A DNA stretch of 64,000 nt, from NCBI GenBank assembly GCA_038087875.1, contig JAXLNO010001376.1, positions 1-64,000 of the forward strand. Direction: 5' to 3'. Both the position numbers and the translations under genes were made by a program. The stretch is from Malacoraja senta (Eukaryota). The notes under the pieces are model-generated. The model was given only the letters and a program-made list of their open reading frames with translations. It was not told the DNA's origin and ran no database searches. Below, piece by piece: positions 61,640-64,000 of the stretch (positions are counted from its first letter, which is position 1; every line of letters begins with the position of its first letter).

Positions 61640-62290
61640 GATGTGGCCCTCCATCCACTCACAGACATGGGTCCTGGCTCCTATGCAGAACAAGGTTGTC
61701 AATCCCTTTATTAAATTATGTTTTAAGTGTTCTTTAGCTTGTTTTACGTGGGGAGGGGTGGTGTGGGGTTGGGGGAAACTTTTTCTAATATCTTACCTCA
61801 ACGGAGATGCGATTTTTTTCTGTATCGTATCTCGGTCCGCACTGCAGCCTAACATCCAGGAGTTGGCGGCCTTTGGTGGAGACCGACTTTTGACAGCTCG
61901 ACCACGGGAGCCTGCGGAGTTACCATCACGCAGCTCACGATCCCTTTGCCAGGGATCGACCTCGGAACTCCAACCGTGGGTGCTTGCGGACTTAACATCA
62001 TGGAGCTCGCGGTCTCTGGTCAGAGTCCGACCTCGGGAGCTCCAAGCCGCAGGTGCTTTGACCACCCGAACACAGGAGCTTCAATCGCCCTGACACAGGT
62101 GCTTCAACCGCCCGCTGCAGGAGCTTCGATCACCCCGACAATGGTTCTACTGCCCCGACCGCGGGAGAAAAAAAGAAAGAAGATTGGACTTTATTGCCTT
62201 CCATCACAGTGAGGAATGTGGGAATCTGCCGTGGTGGATGTTTATGTTAACTTTTATGTCATTGTGTCTTGTTGCTTGTCTTGGGCCAGG
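61640..62290 (+). mobile_element. Unclassified CpG-rich interspersed repeat with internal ggagct...cgcc subrepeats
   Basis: GC/CpG-rich block with short degenerate direct repeats, no credible ORF and an AT-rich tail; boundaries approximate. Confidence 0.4.
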
Positions 62291-64000
62291 GGTGGGATCC
62301 AGTACAAGCAAGGCCAACAACTTTAATGACACATGGATAAACAAAATCAAAATAAGAATGCAAGGAAACAACAAGAGATCCAATCAGAACATAGACACAA
62401 AATGCTGGAGTAACTCGTCGGGACAGGCAGCATCTCTGAAGAGAAGGAATGGGTGACATTTTGGGTCGAGACCCTTCTTCAGACTGATGTCAGGAAAATG
62501 GGAGGTCGATAGATAAGGAAGTGTATAGATAAGGATGTGTGAGATGTGAAAACAGGACAAAGGGAATGGAGATCAAGGAAAATGTAGCAACAAAGCAAAC
62601 AGAGATAAAGAAGGGAAACTCTGGGAAAAGTTTGACAAGGGGGGGATCTGCTACATAGTGAGAAGCTGTGGTAAATATAACACCTTTATTTAACAGCAAG
62701 CTGCTTCGATAAACAAATAAGTAACAAGCCAACAGATGGTTACACTGATAAAGTTATACCAACAAGGATGTTTGCAGGTTCAAGTGCAACATAAACTCTG
62801 GCCTTGAAGTATGATACTGTTTGATGGTTTCTGTGTGCATACGCAATGAGATTCTTTACAATGTAAATCAGAATATGAAAAACGGAGAAAAAAGTAAAAT
62901 ATATAGATTCATTCTTGCAAAACCTTTCACAACATTTCAAAAACATTTAGAACCACTGAGTATTTCTTGAAATGTAAACACTATTGAATGAATAAACAAA
63001 GAACATTGAGCAGGATGACACAGGGATAAGCCCTAGCATCACAATGTCTGTGCTGGCTATGTTGCCTTTACAAACTAATCCCATCTTCCTGCACATGGTC
63101 TATCCAGACTGAAGAAGGGCATCGACCCAAAACATCACCCAGTCCTTCTCTCCTGAGATGCTGCCTTTCCCGCTGAGTTACTCAAGATTTTTGTGTCTAC
63201 CTTTGGTTTAAACCAGCATCTGCTGTTCCTTTCCACACACCCCTTCATTTCCTCTCTGTTCACATGTCACGACCCAAGAGAGACAAGAGAGTTAAGCTTC
63301 TTTAATGAAATGTCTAATTAAATGTTCCAACAACAGAACAATTACAATATTACATGCAGCAGCCTAACAGGCCCATAAACAGAGTATAAATGGATAAAAA
63401 AGATAATAATCAAAATTAAAAATAAAAGAGCCACTGTGTGGCGCGACAGACAAAATCAATTTATTAGTTAACATAAAACATAGAGCAGTACCACATACAT
63501 GCCTGTTTAAATGCCTTTAAACATTGCTATCATATCTGTTTCCACTACTTCCTCTGACAGCACGCTCCAAGCACCCACCACTCTCTGTGTAAAAAATCAT
63601 TTAAGATTTACTCCTCTCTACTCTGTGTCTCTCATAATTATATATACTTCCATCAGGTGTCCCCCACCCCCCTCATATTCCAACTCCACAAGAGCAAATG
63701 ATCTAAGTTTGTCCAACCTGTCCTCACAGCTGACACTCTCAAACACTGCTTTCAAATTTCATTCAAAGGGAAATGTGATGAGCGACAGATGATCTGTGTT
63801 CTTCGGTGGTATCAACTGCAAGATAAATATCAATGAGGATTCTGGGATTAACCTGTATTCCTTAAATAACGTTTTGGGATTATTTTTTAGAGGGCTGAAA
63901 TATATATCAGGCCATTCAGCCCACCGGATCCACACCAGTCATTGACCATCCGTTCACACCAGTTCAGTGTTATCACATTTATGCATCACATTTTGACTTC

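Overview
Repeat-dense vertebrate genomic DNA. A cartilaginous fish (probably skate/ray) is inferred from the CR1 + tRNA-SINE + Penelope-derived repeat mix and the MHC-I-like gene. Two spliced genes were reconstructed by hand from splice sites; the ORF track shows only fragments of them. (1) A minus-strand SUN1/SUN2-like LINC-complex gene has 7 clear exons from 15171 down to the window start and a probable 8th at 15951-16028. It has an in-frame TAG, substitutions at conserved SUN-domain positions, a CR1 inserted exactly at a splice acceptor and a perfect 32-bp fold-back. (2) A plus-strand non-classical MHC class I-like gene has alpha1, alpha2, alpha3 and TM/cytoplasmic exons (42049-55307) and a candidate promoter/leader at about 37.3 kb. 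It has a 1-nt frameshift in alpha1, has lost the second alpha2 cysteine, and keeps only 2 of 8 classical peptide-anchoring residues. A full-length 6.5-kb L1-clade LINE with a 15-bp TSD sits 65 bp upstream of its TM exon. The rest is nested mobile DNA: hAT in CR1, L2 in Tc1, Rex1 in CR1, a non-autonomous Helitron, a TTAA-flanked MITE, Penelope-derived hammerhead-like repeats including a 66-bp tandem array, a 26-bp minisatellite and many SINEs. I see no clearly new biological system. The most notable signal is a divergently arranged, apparently decaying SUN-like plus non-classical MHC-I pair. All family assignments come from motif recognition, not database searches.
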